A stretch of 64,000 nt of DNA, taken from Obrimoposthia wandeli. Lineage: Eukaryota. Both the position numbers and the translations under genes were made by a program. Positions 54,389 to 64,000 of this stretch are shown here, one piece after another. The notes under the pieces were generated by a model. It worked only from the letters and a program-made list of their open reading frames with translations, searched no databases and had not been told where the DNA came from. Within the stretch, counting starts at the first letter, position 1. Every line of letters starts with the position of its first letter. The stretch is from NCBI GenBank assembly GCA_977020255.1, contig CDROCS010006605.1:1-64000 (forward strand), given 5' to 3'.

Positions 54389-57300
54389 TTAGTTTTCTAA
54401 CCAATAACCTTTACTTAGTTGATCGCACCGAGTGATGTTTGTATCTAATATCTCTGCTCCTATCGCGGTAATACTTTTCTATTCTTCACTACTTGTTTTC
54501 CTTATGTCTTAGTCTGGGCAACCACCTCCCTCTCCGTCTTCATACATCTCTTCTTCGGAGGGAGGGAATAGAACGACGGGATTGGGTGGGATGCCACCTT
54601 GAGCTAGATCAGTTAGCCCCCAATTGCGCTTTAGTGTTGGGGTATTATCCGTTGGTGCTATTGGCTTAACCTGATACAAGCGTGTATAGCCCGTATTTGA
54701 ATCGCAACTAACGGGTAATGAGGAGTCAGTAGGGCGGTATGTCGTGAATAAAATATTATTAGCAACCGTCACGGATGTTGCTAAAACCTTTTCTCCGTCA
54801 CCTGTTAATGTGTAATAAGCTCCAGCTTCTAGCTTATCTGTAGTGGCGGATGAGTAGTTTTTAGCATTTGCTAAGTCAGCCTCTGTATAGTCGCTGTAGC
54901 TTGAGGGAACTGTTGAAACGTAGGTATCGTTAATAATATAAAAACGATCGGTGACGCTTGTGTTCAGAGGATGTGCGCGATAGCCAGATCCTATGCTTAT
55001 TTGAAATTGTCCATCAGTTGAAAAACCACCATAGCGAGAGAAAGATACATCAGGGGTGTTGAAGAAACGAATATTACGGCTAACATTATTTCCGTTAAAA
55101 TCTGCAATTACTCCGCCTAGGGCAAAGCTGTTAGCGTCAGTGGCCTTATTGTCTAAGTCAATTCTCCAAACTCTGCCGCCAACATCTGCGGTGTATAGGA
55201 TATTAATGTAACCATCAAGAGTGCTATCAATAGGAACAATATCAGCAACGATACTATTTTTCATCTCCGTTAAGTTTAGATTTGCACCAGCGTTGGAGCT
55301 ACTCCAAAGTAATTCACCACTAGAAGCTTTTACCATGTAAATTGCGTTACCCATAGTACTGTTGCTTCGGGTTGTTTTATTATCTTCCGCGGGATCATAA
55401 CCACCACCAAAAAATAATACTTTTTCTTCCTTACCATCAAATTTGACAGTTGCAGGTGTCATTTTTGACCAAGTTTGACCAAGCTTGCTGAAACCAGACA
55501 TTGTATTTTTAATTTGCCATGCAAATTTAGGATCTCCTCTATCTGAAACATCTAATGAATAATAACTGCGTCCACCTCGACGCATTCCTGTATAGAGGTA
55601 GATATGTTCGCCAGATTCTTTTACGCCATTGTTATCAAGTATGACGCCATTAAAGTTTCTATCATAATGCCAGTACGACATTGGGCCATCACAATCCATA
55701 GACTTTATCTAAGCTTTTGGCGCCATTATAGTATTTGGTGATATTGCCCAGCAGCTCTTCTGGAATGAATGAAAAAGTGCTCTTTGGGATTATTTTTATC
55801 CGTTGAAAAGGCATGTAGATAACCTGAATTCGTGGCCATAAAAATACTACTATCAAATGTTTTAGTATCTATATCTTTACCATATGTGATTACTAGAGGC
55901 TGGCTATGTAATGGATCTTCCATAAAGATACGAGCGTCTGATGTATCTGCATCTTTATCTTGATCCTTAACATCAATTCCGCGTCCCCATTTAAGAATAG
56001 CTGTTCGATCAGGGCTGTTCGTTGGAAGACCCAAACGGTTTGTTGTTAGATTAGTGTTTGATTCATGAAGGCTATTCGAGGTGCTTTTTAGTGTTTTATC
56101 ACCTAAGAAAGTATAGATTTTTCTAGCCGTCGTTAATCGACTTGCAGCACCGCCTAGTTCTACTTCTTTTCCATCAGGGTTTACCCCGTCAGGATTTGGT
56201 ATGATGTCTCCAGCCTCATCGATTTTATTCAGTGTCCAAAAGCTTTGAGGCTTGTCATCAAAGAAGCCCGTTTTAGTATCAGCTGCTGGTTTATTGTTTA
56301 CATCATAGACTTTACCTTCAGGCGTTAAGCGGTAGCGCTTTAAATTGCCGGACCAATCAACGGATGTATTGGGCTTGAATACAGAGTAATAAAGTTGATC
56401 TAAGTGCTCTAGGTTGTTAAAGGCGTTTACCGATACTGCTGGTGCGGTAAATGTCGTAGAAACGCTGGTGATGTTATCAAAAATTGAAGTAAGAGCCTCT
56501 TCTAGTCCCACAGGGTCAGATGCTACAAAGTAGGTCTGAATCGCCGCAAATTCATTACTGCTATCAAATTCGGTGTTGGGCTTAGTCCAAGATCCAAACC
56601 TAGCAATATTTTTTAGTTTGTCAGCGGCTGCATTTTCAACAAAACCACCAACTGAATGGATAGTTATATTTTGGAATCCGTCTAGACCACTAATGTCAGT
56701 TGAGTTTGCGTATAGTGCAAGCTCTTCAGCGCATGCACCTTCCTTACTATAATTTCCAACATCCCGCGTTTGTATCTTATGGGTGTATAGATTTTGTCGT
56801 AATAATCATTATAGCCATAAGAACTACTAACGTAGGTATAGACAACACCAGATTTAGTATAAGTCGAGTTGTGGCTACTGCTATAGCTGAGATATGATGT
56901 GAATTCACTATGGCCTATATTACATTGCTCTACATCGTTATTTGAGGTTATAAGTGACTTTTTATCTGACGAGAGGGCGTTAAATGCTGTTTGTATGATG
57001 GAGTTGGAACCTGTGTCAACACTGGGTTCTCCATCAGAAAAAAGCACAATATGATTTTGTTGGCACTTATGGGTAATCGGGGAGTCGTACTTATTGTTAT
57101 TGTAAGCATGGGAGTCTCCAGTACTTGTGCTTGAATACTTAGGAGACTCACCTTTTAAATATAGAATTGCTTCATGAAGAGATTCAGTAATTGGAGTCCC
57201 CCCATTAGCTGTAAAGGAGTTTAATTTAGTTTCAAAGGGGCCATCGTTACCTTTAACATCAGCAATAGGCGACATTGCTAAGCTAACGTGACCACCATTA

Positions 57301-57593
57301 TTGTTAGAATTAAAACGCATCAATGCAATATTAATATTATCAATTGCCTTGATTGTCTTGATAGCAGCTATATATTATAAGCGAGACACTAGAGGCGGGG
57401 TTTCAGGGTTATTATAGTCAATTGTTTTACCGTCAGCAGTCCAAGCCATACTGCCAGATGTGTCCATAATGAAAATAACATTAGGTGGAACTGTCGGTTT
57501 TAAGCCAGTGTAAATTTCAGTATCGTCTGCGTGTACAAATAAGCTAGACATAGAAATTAATAATGCGATATGAGACTTATAAAATGATGTCAT
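54389..57593 (-). CDS. pilY1: PilY1 adhesin, copy 2, fragmented by indels and in-frame stops
   Basis: ORFs 57375-57593, 56682-57323, 55726-56511 and 54509-55699 plus a tail ending GYWLEN* at 54389. vWA DTSGSM and DPLHSQP motifs. Confidence 0.85.
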
Positions 57594-58009
57594 AATGTAT
57601 TCTCCAGCTTAGGTCTTTCTTGAAGTTCGCTATTGATTGGATCTAATGACATTCGAGTTATCTCTCCTTTATCTCGATCAATCCCTAATCCAACACGATA
57701 AAATTTCTTTTCTGTAAACAGACTGGTTAGTCTATTAATATTAAACTTATATCCGTTTTTCTCTAATAAAGCGTCTTTCTCAAGCCTGTAAGCAATAGGT
57801 TGGCAAGTTTTACATAGAGTCATCTTAAAATGAGAGGGGTGTGCACCACCATAAGATGAAATTGTAATATCCTCTGCGGGTATGTTATAGGATAACAACC
57901 TTGTGGTCGGATTAATCGACTCAGGATTAACCAATGTGGCAGTATCTTGCGCGTACGTGAATGGAACGTACGCGCAAGCGAGTAGACATAAAGAAAAAAA
58001 GTATTTCAT
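57590..58009 (-). CDS. Small secreted CxxC protein between pilX and pilY1, copy 2
   Basis: Signal peptide and CKTC; same position as 51277-51640. Confidence 0.7.
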   Translation of the reverse strand: MKYFFSLCLLACAYVPFTYAQDTATLVNPESINPTTRLLSYNIPAEDITISSYGGAHPSHFKMTLCKTCQPIAYRLEKDALLEKNGYKFNINRLTSLFTEKKFYRVGLGIDRDKGEITRMSLDPINSELQERPKLENTL

Positions 58010-58027
58010 AAAACCTCCTAGGTGTAT

Positions 58028-58648
58028 TTAACCTGCTGGTGCAATGTATTTAATGCCAATAGTTTGATTAGAAAGTTCTTGGCCTGTAACCGGATGGCTG
58101 GCAATTGCAATAGATTTGAACCCATATTCAACAAATGTTCCTATGCTAAAGCCTTCAACAAGTGAGCTACGAACTCCTGTATGTTCAATGCTACTTTCAA
58201 CGCTGATCCTTGGTGGACTTGAACCACCTACAGAAGAACCATCACTGTGTGGTGTGTGGTTAGAGTATGTTGAATCATGTCCTGGTGTGACAGGCTGAAA
58301 TTCTTGGACTTGTTTTGTTACTGCACTTCCAGAGTCGTCGTGTATTGGATTGCCTGAATCGTCGACTTGCTCTACTTCTGCTATATCGAATTCGTTAAGA
58401 GGAATTGACAATGCTTGTGTTGCAGAAGCTTGAGTGCTAAAAAAATCATATATATCTTCTAATTCACTATTGGCTATATGAAAAGCATTCTCTTTGGTTT
58501 GAATGTTGTTGGCCATGCGTGTTTGTAAGCCTGAGCGCTGCATAGCGTTTACGGAAACTAAGGTAATGGCTGTTAATATGACTAAACTAATAGCCAGTAC
58601 TGAGCCTTTATTCGCAGAGTAGTGAGAATTAAAAGAGTATGTCTGCGC
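58028..58648 (-). CDS. pilX: Minor pilin PilX, copy 2 (start codon appears as GCG at 58646-58648)
   Basis: Frame is open upstream of track start 58543 through NKGSVLAISLVILTAITLVSV. AGGAAG SD lies 5 nt before the GCG. Confidence 0.75.
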   Translation of the reverse strand, partial: AQTYSFNSHYSANKGSVLAISLVILTAITLVSVNAMQRSGLQTRMANNIQTKENAFHIANSELEDIYDFFSTQASATQALSIPLNEFDIAEVEQVDDSGNPIHDDSGSAVTKQVQEFQPVTPGHDSTYSNHTPHSDGSSVGGSSPPRISVESSIEHTGVRSSLVEGFSIGTFVEYGFKSIAIASHPVTGQELSNQTIGIKYIAPAG

Positions 58649-58842
58649 GAAGACTTCCTATTATTTATCTAATTAGGAGAACTTCATTTTTAGCATTTCC
58701 TTTTGCTTTTTAATTGATCTAGCAATAGATGCCTAGTTACAATTACTTACAAATGAAATGAATTCTCATTAATAGACTAGTTCTAAATGCTAGGTTTTCA
58801 CATTTGCTAGAGATAAGCGGTATCCTTTTATAGAGCTAATGG

Positions 58843-59391
58843 TTATTCGCAAGTAACGGGTGTGCGGAGGTTCACATCAGGAATGTGATCACCGTTCAAA
58901 TCTTGTGCAAATCGAATTCGGCCAATTCTTGATATTACTATTGCTTCGACAAATTCATGAAAACAGTAGCTTAATGTTCCATTATAATAGTTGGCGATTC
59001 CTTGTGAGTTAAAACGTATCTGTGATTTTGGGTAATCGATTGAGATTTTGGGATTGTCGAACGGCTTAAATTGAGTTGTTATGACTTCATTGCCGTCACG
59101 TATTTTATTTTTGTTGATATCATTGAATAGAATAATGGGTAACTTCCAATTACGAATACATGTTCTCGTATCGCTGGAGGGGCACAATACGGCTGTTGTT
59201 GCAGAGTTAATTGATTGAAGCCTTGTCATTTTTACCATCGATAATAACCGAAACTTATCGGTGTTCACTTGAGATTTGATTTTTAAAAATGCATAGCTGT
59301 TAGAGCCTGAAAAAATGATGCTTGATACAATAGTACAAGTGGTCAATAACTCTATTAGCGTAAATCCCTGCTGTTTCATATAACCGTCCAT
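58843..59391 (-). CDS. GspH/FimT-family pseudopilin
   Basis: GFTLIELL, LCPSSD and IVISRIGRIR motifs. Confidence 0.78.
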   Translation of the reverse strand: MDGYMKQQGFTLIELLTTCTIVSSIIFSGSNSYAFLKIKSQVNTDKFRLLSMVKMTRLQSINSATTAVLCPSSDTRTCIRNWKLPIILFNDINKNKIRDGNEVITTQFKPFDNPKISIDYPKSQIRFNSQGIANYYNGTLSYCFHEFVEAIVISRIGRIRFAQDLNGDHIPDVNLRTPVTCE

Positions 59392-59663
59392 GGTCTGATA
59401 GGTAACAGTTTGAGTACAGCAGAGGTTTATTAGGTTGTTATGGAAACCCGCTCATTATCAGCTGGTTGACTGATAAGAATGGTGATTTAGGCTGAGGAAG
59501 AATTAATGCTAAACGGTAACTTCATCCCCATCATTTCTTGTATAAAGGCAACTATTCAGAAAATTTTATAAATTGATCCATGATTGGATATTTATTCCAC
59601 AAACACTCAATACTGGATCTTACTCTGTCTTAATTTTAACTACCTGAATGGTTACGTATAAAA

Positions 59664-61013
59664 CTACTCAATATTCAATTTCGTACAACGATAACGCAAT
59701 GCGCGAAAACTAATCCCCAGCTTTTCAGCGGCGGCGGTTTTATTCCAGCGTGTCGCTTCTAACGCTTCATTAATCGCTAATCGTTCGATGTTTTCGATGT
59801 AAGCCTCAAGATTGCCATTCGCCATGTTAGTTGAGTTTTCCACAACCTGGCTGGGTTGGCTTTGATGGTTGGGTAGGTTCAGGTCTTCTATGCTGATGTC
59901 ATCATTTTCTGACATGGTGAATGCGCGCTGTAAAATGTTTTCAAGTTCTCGTACATTGCCAGGAAAAGAGTACTCACACAGTGCCGCTAAGGTTTCGGGT
60001 GCTAATTTTGCAGCGGGCATTTGCCAGTCTTTGGCATACTTTTGAATGAAGTGCTCGGCCAGCATGGGAATATCGTCAGGTCGCTGCGCTAAAGAGGGCG
60101 TTTTAATGGTGATGACGTTTAAGCGGAAGTATAAATCTTGGCGAAATAAATCTTCTTCAACACGCTGGGCTAAGTCTCGGTGACTGGCACTTAGAATTCG
60201 AACATTAATGGGCAGTTCTTGTTCGTGCCCGACAGGACGGACGTTTTGTTCTTGAATTACGCGCAGTAGCTTAGCTTGCATCTCCATCGGGAGTTCTGTT
60301 ATTTCATCTAAAAACAGTGTGCCGCCATCGGCAGCGCGGAAAAATCCGAGCTTGTCTGAACTAGCGCCGGTGAAGCTGCCTTTCATATGGCCAAAGAATT
60401 CACTTTCCATTAAGTCGCGTGGAATTGCGCCGCAGTTAACCGCGATAAAAGGCTTGTCGCGGCGTGCGCCTAATGAATGGATTAATTGCGAGACCAGTTC
60501 TTTACCCGTTCCGGAAGGACCATGAATGAAAATAGGCGCTTGGGTACGAGCGACTTTTTCGATCTGACTATTAAGTTTTACCATGGCTGTTGAATCGCCA
60601 ATTAAGCGCACGATATTGCTTTTATTAGCATCCGTCGCAAGAGGCACTTCGGTTAGTTTAAGCGCTGCGGTGACAACTTCTCGTAAGCGAGCTAGGTCGA
60701 TGGGCTTAGCAATAAAATCAAAGGCACCAGACTTTAATGCGGCTACGGCGGTTTCCATATTGCCAAACGCGGTAATCATTGCGATGGGCATTCTTTTATA
60801 TTTTTTGTTGGCTAGGGCGATTAAGTCCATGCCATTACCGTCGGGCAATTTCATATCGGTTAGGCAGAAGTGAAACTCTTGCTGCTCTAATAAAGCAATG
60901 GCTTGGCTGAAATTTGCAGCACAGCAGCAGTCGATATTCATCCGTTCTAAAGTAATTTGAATAAGGTCGCGAATATCGGGTTCGTCATCAATTATTAACG
61001 CTTTGTACTTCAT
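59664..61013 (-). CDS. pilR: Sigma54-dependent response regulator PilR
   Basis: REC domain, GPSGTGKE, ESEFFGH, GSFTGA, FPGNVRELEN and HTH. Confidence 0.9.
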   Translation of the reverse strand: MKYKALIIDDEPDIRDLIQITLERMNIDCCCAANFSQAIALLEQQEFHFCLTDMKLPDGNGMDLIALANKKYKRMPIAMITAFGNMETAVAALKSGAFDFIAKPIDLARLREVVTAALKLTEVPLATDANKSNIVRLIGDSTAMVKLNSQIEKVARTQAPIFIHGPSGTGKELVSQLIHSLGARRDKPFIAVNCGAIPRDLMESEFFGHMKGSFTGASSDKLGFFRAADGGTLFLDEITELPMEMQAKLLRVIQEQNVRPVGHEQELPINVRILSASHRDLAQRVEEDLFRQDLYFRLNVITIKTPSLAQRPDDIPMLAEHFIQKYAKDWQMPAAKLAPETLAALCEYSFPGNVRELENILQRAFTMSENDDISIEDLNLPNHQSQPSQVVENSTNMANGNLEAYIENIERLAINEALEATRWNKTAAAEKLGISFRALRYRCTKLNIE

Positions 61014-61021
61014 GCTAATTC

Positions 61022-62620
61022 CTATGTCACTTTGGCAAAGTTGAGGCTAAAACAAGTGCCTAAGTTTTCAGCTAAATGGTCGCTGGCAATGTGTTTAATA
61101 CTGGCTTTATTGGCTTCACAAATTTCACGGCATAAATATAAACCCAAGCCAGTGCCAGAATGCTCGGTGGTGAAAAAGGGCTCAAATAAGTTCTTCTGAT
61201 ATTCTTTACTAATGCCAGGGCCATTATCCATTAAATAGAGACGAACAGAACCATCAATATGTTGCTTAGCCGTTATTTTTAACTGCGCATCGCTAGGGTG
61301 TTTTATTAATGCATAGCGTAAGCCATTACCGCAAATATTGTGCAATACCTGTTGTAATTGGTCAGGATCGAACTTAACCAAGTAATCCGTGCTGCAGGTG
61401 ATTGTGAGTGAAAATTTGTCTTCATGCGCTTGTTGAAACGAGTTTTTAAAGTGTTCCAGCCAAGGCTTCAGCTTTATCACTTCTACGTTGGCGTGATTGC
61501 GTCGGCTAATTTGTAAAATGTCTTCTACTGTACGATTGATACGCATACAGTGCTGTTCGATAATTTGGGTGAGTTTAATATCACCTTTAGACAGATCGGG
61601 CGCCTCTGCTAATAATTGAGCAGCATGGCGCAGTGCGCTGAGTGGGTTGCGAATTTCATGAGCGATACTCGCCGTTAGTCGTCCTAATGACGCTAACTTT
61701 ATTTGTTGTGCTTCGGCGGCAATGTGGATGCTATCTTCCATCACTAAAACATAATCGCCAGCGGTCGAATTAACGAGAGGAGATTTATTTAGAATGAGCT
61801 GATAGTCGTCATGCTCAAAGCGAGTATTGGAGCAATCACTGTGATTAATAAAATTCATCAGCTCTGGGGGAAGAGGTTGACCATCGTTGCAGTCAAACCA
61901 GCGCTGTGCGGTTTCATTACTAAGTAGAATTTTATTTTCTTTATCGCAGGCAATAATGGCGTTAGGCAGTGCTAATAGAACATTTTTATTTATTTTACGC
62001 AGGCGTGAAATGTTTTCGGCTTGCCGATAGGTTAAATCTAATGTGCTATTGAGTTTGTTGGAGAGGGTTTGGGTTAAAAACGCGAGAGTGAAACAGAAGA
62101 AACCATATAATCCTGAAGTGAACACTTCTTTTTCGTCAAATTGCCAAGGCAGAAAATGTTGAGTATAGATGACGGCAATGGTTGTCCAAGCGGCTACCGA
62201 ATAGCCTAGCGATCGGGTCACTAGTAGGTTAGATATGAATATCGGGATCAAGATGAGATTGCTGAATCCGCTCTCTAGGCCACCACTGGCCTGCATCATA
62301 ATAATGAGCAAGGTGATGTCACCAAAAAAGAAAGTGACGGCATATTGCGGGTGTGTGCTTAGGCGAGAACTGGAAAAAACCAGCATAATCGCCGACCAAA
62401 ACACATAGGCGGTATTGGCAAGCAAGAAACTGCGGGGATTAGCGTGGGCAACAATTACATTGGCCGTATCCAAGCTGTCTAAAACGACGAGCATTAACGA
62501 TAATAGCAGGGCGTAAAAGCTGTAATAGCGTAATAAACGCTGCCCTTGGACAAGAACGTCCGCTGGTTTTAACCACATTTTGAAATATCCGTTTGCAACC
62601 TGTCCACAATTTTTCGACAA
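61022..62620 (-). CDS. pilS: Sensor histidine kinase PilS
   Basis: KLASLGRLTASIAHEIRNPL, DNGPG and GTGLGL; adjacent to pilR. Confidence 0.9.
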   Translation of the reverse strand: MSKNCGQVANGYFKMWLKPADVLVQGQRLLRYYSFYALLLSLMLVVLDSLDTANVIVAHANPRSFLLANTAYVFWSAIMLVFSSSRLSTHPQYAVTFFFGDITLLIIMMQASGGLESGFSNLILIPIFISNLLVTRSLGYSVAAWTTIAVIYTQHFLPWQFDEKEVFTSGLYGFFCFTLAFLTQTLSNKLNSTLDLTYRQAENISRLRKINKNVLLALPNAIIACDKENKILLSNETAQRWFDCNDGQPLPPELMNFINHSDCSNTRFEHDDYQLILNKSPLVNSTAGDYVLVMEDSIHIAAEAQQIKLASLGRLTASIAHEIRNPLSALRHAAQLLAEAPDLSKGDIKLTQIIEQHCMRINRTVEDILQISRRNHANVEVIKLKPWLEHFKNSFQQAHEDKFSLTITCSTDYLVKFDPDQLQQVLHNICGNGLRYALIKHPSDAQLKITAKQHIDGSVRLYLMDNGPGISKEYQKNLFEPFFTTEHSGTGLGLYLCREICEANKASIKHIASDHLAENLGTCFSLNFAKVT

Positions 62621-62656
62621 TACGCGGCAAATATCCCGTGGTCAAAGATAATCGCT

Positions 62657-64000
62657 ATGCAACAATTCTCAATCGCCCTTGCCCAAGTCAATTTTAAAGT
62701 GGGTGATATAGACGGCAACGTTGAACGTATATCCTCAGCCATCGATGAGGCTAAGGCGCGTAATCGCGCGGATAAAGCCTTAATGGTGGTTTTTTCAGAG
62801 TTAGGATTAATTGGTTATCCGCCGGAAGATCTATTATTACGCCCCAGTTTACAGCATAGAATTGAAAGCGCTTTGCAGCACATCGCAAAATTGAGTGCTG
62901 ATATTACGATTGTGGTGGGCTATCCCTGGCGTGAAAACGGACAATTGTTCAATATGGCAGGTGTTTGGCAAAACGGTGAGCAGGTTGCTCGTTATGCCAA
63001 GCGTTGCTTGCCTAATTATCAGGTATTTGATGAACAGCGTTATTTTACGCCGGGTGATGAGGTCTGTGTTTTCGAGTGGCTGGGCCATAAAGTCGGCTTA
63101 ACTATTTGTGAAGATATTTGGCACGAGCACCCAATTGCCGAATCAAAAGCGGCGGGCGCTGAGTTGATGGTGAATATCAACGCTTCACCCTTTCATGCAG
63201 GAAAATTACAACAGCGCCATGAGTTGTTAAGCAATCATGCTAAGCGCCATCAGTTACCGATTGTGTATGTTAATCCAAGGGGTGGCCAAGATGAGCTGGT
63301 GTTTGATGGTGCTTCGTTTGTAGTGGATGCTCGTGGCGATATTGTTGCCAGCGCGCCTGTGAAAGTGCATTAACGCTGGTGGATTTTGACGAGTTATTGA
63401 ATGTACAAAACCCACAGAAGATTTTGGCTAAATCTGAACTCGCCAGCATCTACGATACCTTGGTACTGGGGACGCGTGATTATATTGAGAAGAACGGTTT
63501 TAAAGGCATTGTTTTAGGGTTATCCGGTGGTATCGATTCCGCGCTTACATTAGCGATTGCCGTGGATGCGATTGGTAAGGATCGGGTTGAAGCGGTGATG
63601 ATGCCGTTTAAATATACTTCCTCTATGAGTATGGAAGATGCCAAGTTAGAAGCCGATGCTTTGGGTGTTAGTTATAAAGTACTGCCGATTGAGCCTATGT
63701 ACAATGCCTTTATGCTGGCATTGGAAGACGAGTTTGCGGGCTTGGCTGCCGATACCACGGAAGAAAATCTGCAGGCGCGTTGTCGCGGCGTCATGCTGAT
63801 GGCCATCTCCAATAAAAAAGGCTACATGGTAATTACCACCGGCAATAAGAGTGAAATGGCGGTAGGTTATGCCACGCTTTATGGTGATATGGTCGGCGGC
63901 TATAGCGCCTTGAAAGATGTGTATAAAATACTCGTCTTCAAATTATCGCGCTACCGTAATGAGCTAGCCGCAAGCCAAGGTGAAGCTGAAATTATTCCGG
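62657..64000 (+). CDS. nadE: Glutamine-dependent NAD+ synthetase, frameshifted at ~63360, runs off the window
   Basis: Nitrilase domain (GYPPEDL, ICEDIW, GGQDELVFDG). After the shift the frame from 63361 reads LGLSGGIDSA, VMMP, ENLQARCRG, TTGNKSEMAVGYATLYGD. Confidence 0.93.

Noticed and set aside
63340-63373. Programmed frameshift or split nadE
   Set aside because: No slippery sequence at the junction, and the downstream frame lacks its own start; a small deletion error is more likely.

Overview
Chromosomal window from a marine gammaproteobacterium. The gene content is Oceanospirillales-like and possibly Oleispira-like, which is inference only. A conserved backbone (ispB, rplU-rpmA-obgE-proB, rpsT, murJ-ribF-ileS-lspA-fkpB-ispH, pilSR, nadE) is interrupted by two accessory blocks. 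Block 1 (about 10.4-26.7 kb) holds kdsA, a czcCBA-type metal efflux operon with a small leader gene, a large TSP3-repeat surface protein, a YeeE/YedE pair, a LysR/DMT/tautomerase module and an acyl-CoA ligase. Block 2 (about 27.3-39.1 kb) holds an atuR/atuACDEFG acyclic-terpene cluster, an enoyl-CoA hydratase, a 752-bp intergenic region with clustered DnaA boxes and an RRM gene. The right end carries a type IV pilus minor-pilin locus with two pilX-hypothetical-pilY1 modules. Many ORFs are broken by indels or garbled patches, including the normally essential nadE, so most apparent pseudogenes are probably assembly errors. The most notable non-coding signals are: (1) a ~500-bp composite palindromic element in two inverted, diverged copies with swapped hairpin cargo full of CsrA-type GGA loops; (2) a DARS-like DnaA-box triad; (3) a candidate leader-peptide/hairpin control of czcCBA; (4) a 20-bp CACAGAG repeat family. 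No rRNA, tRNA, CRISPR array or transposase was seen.
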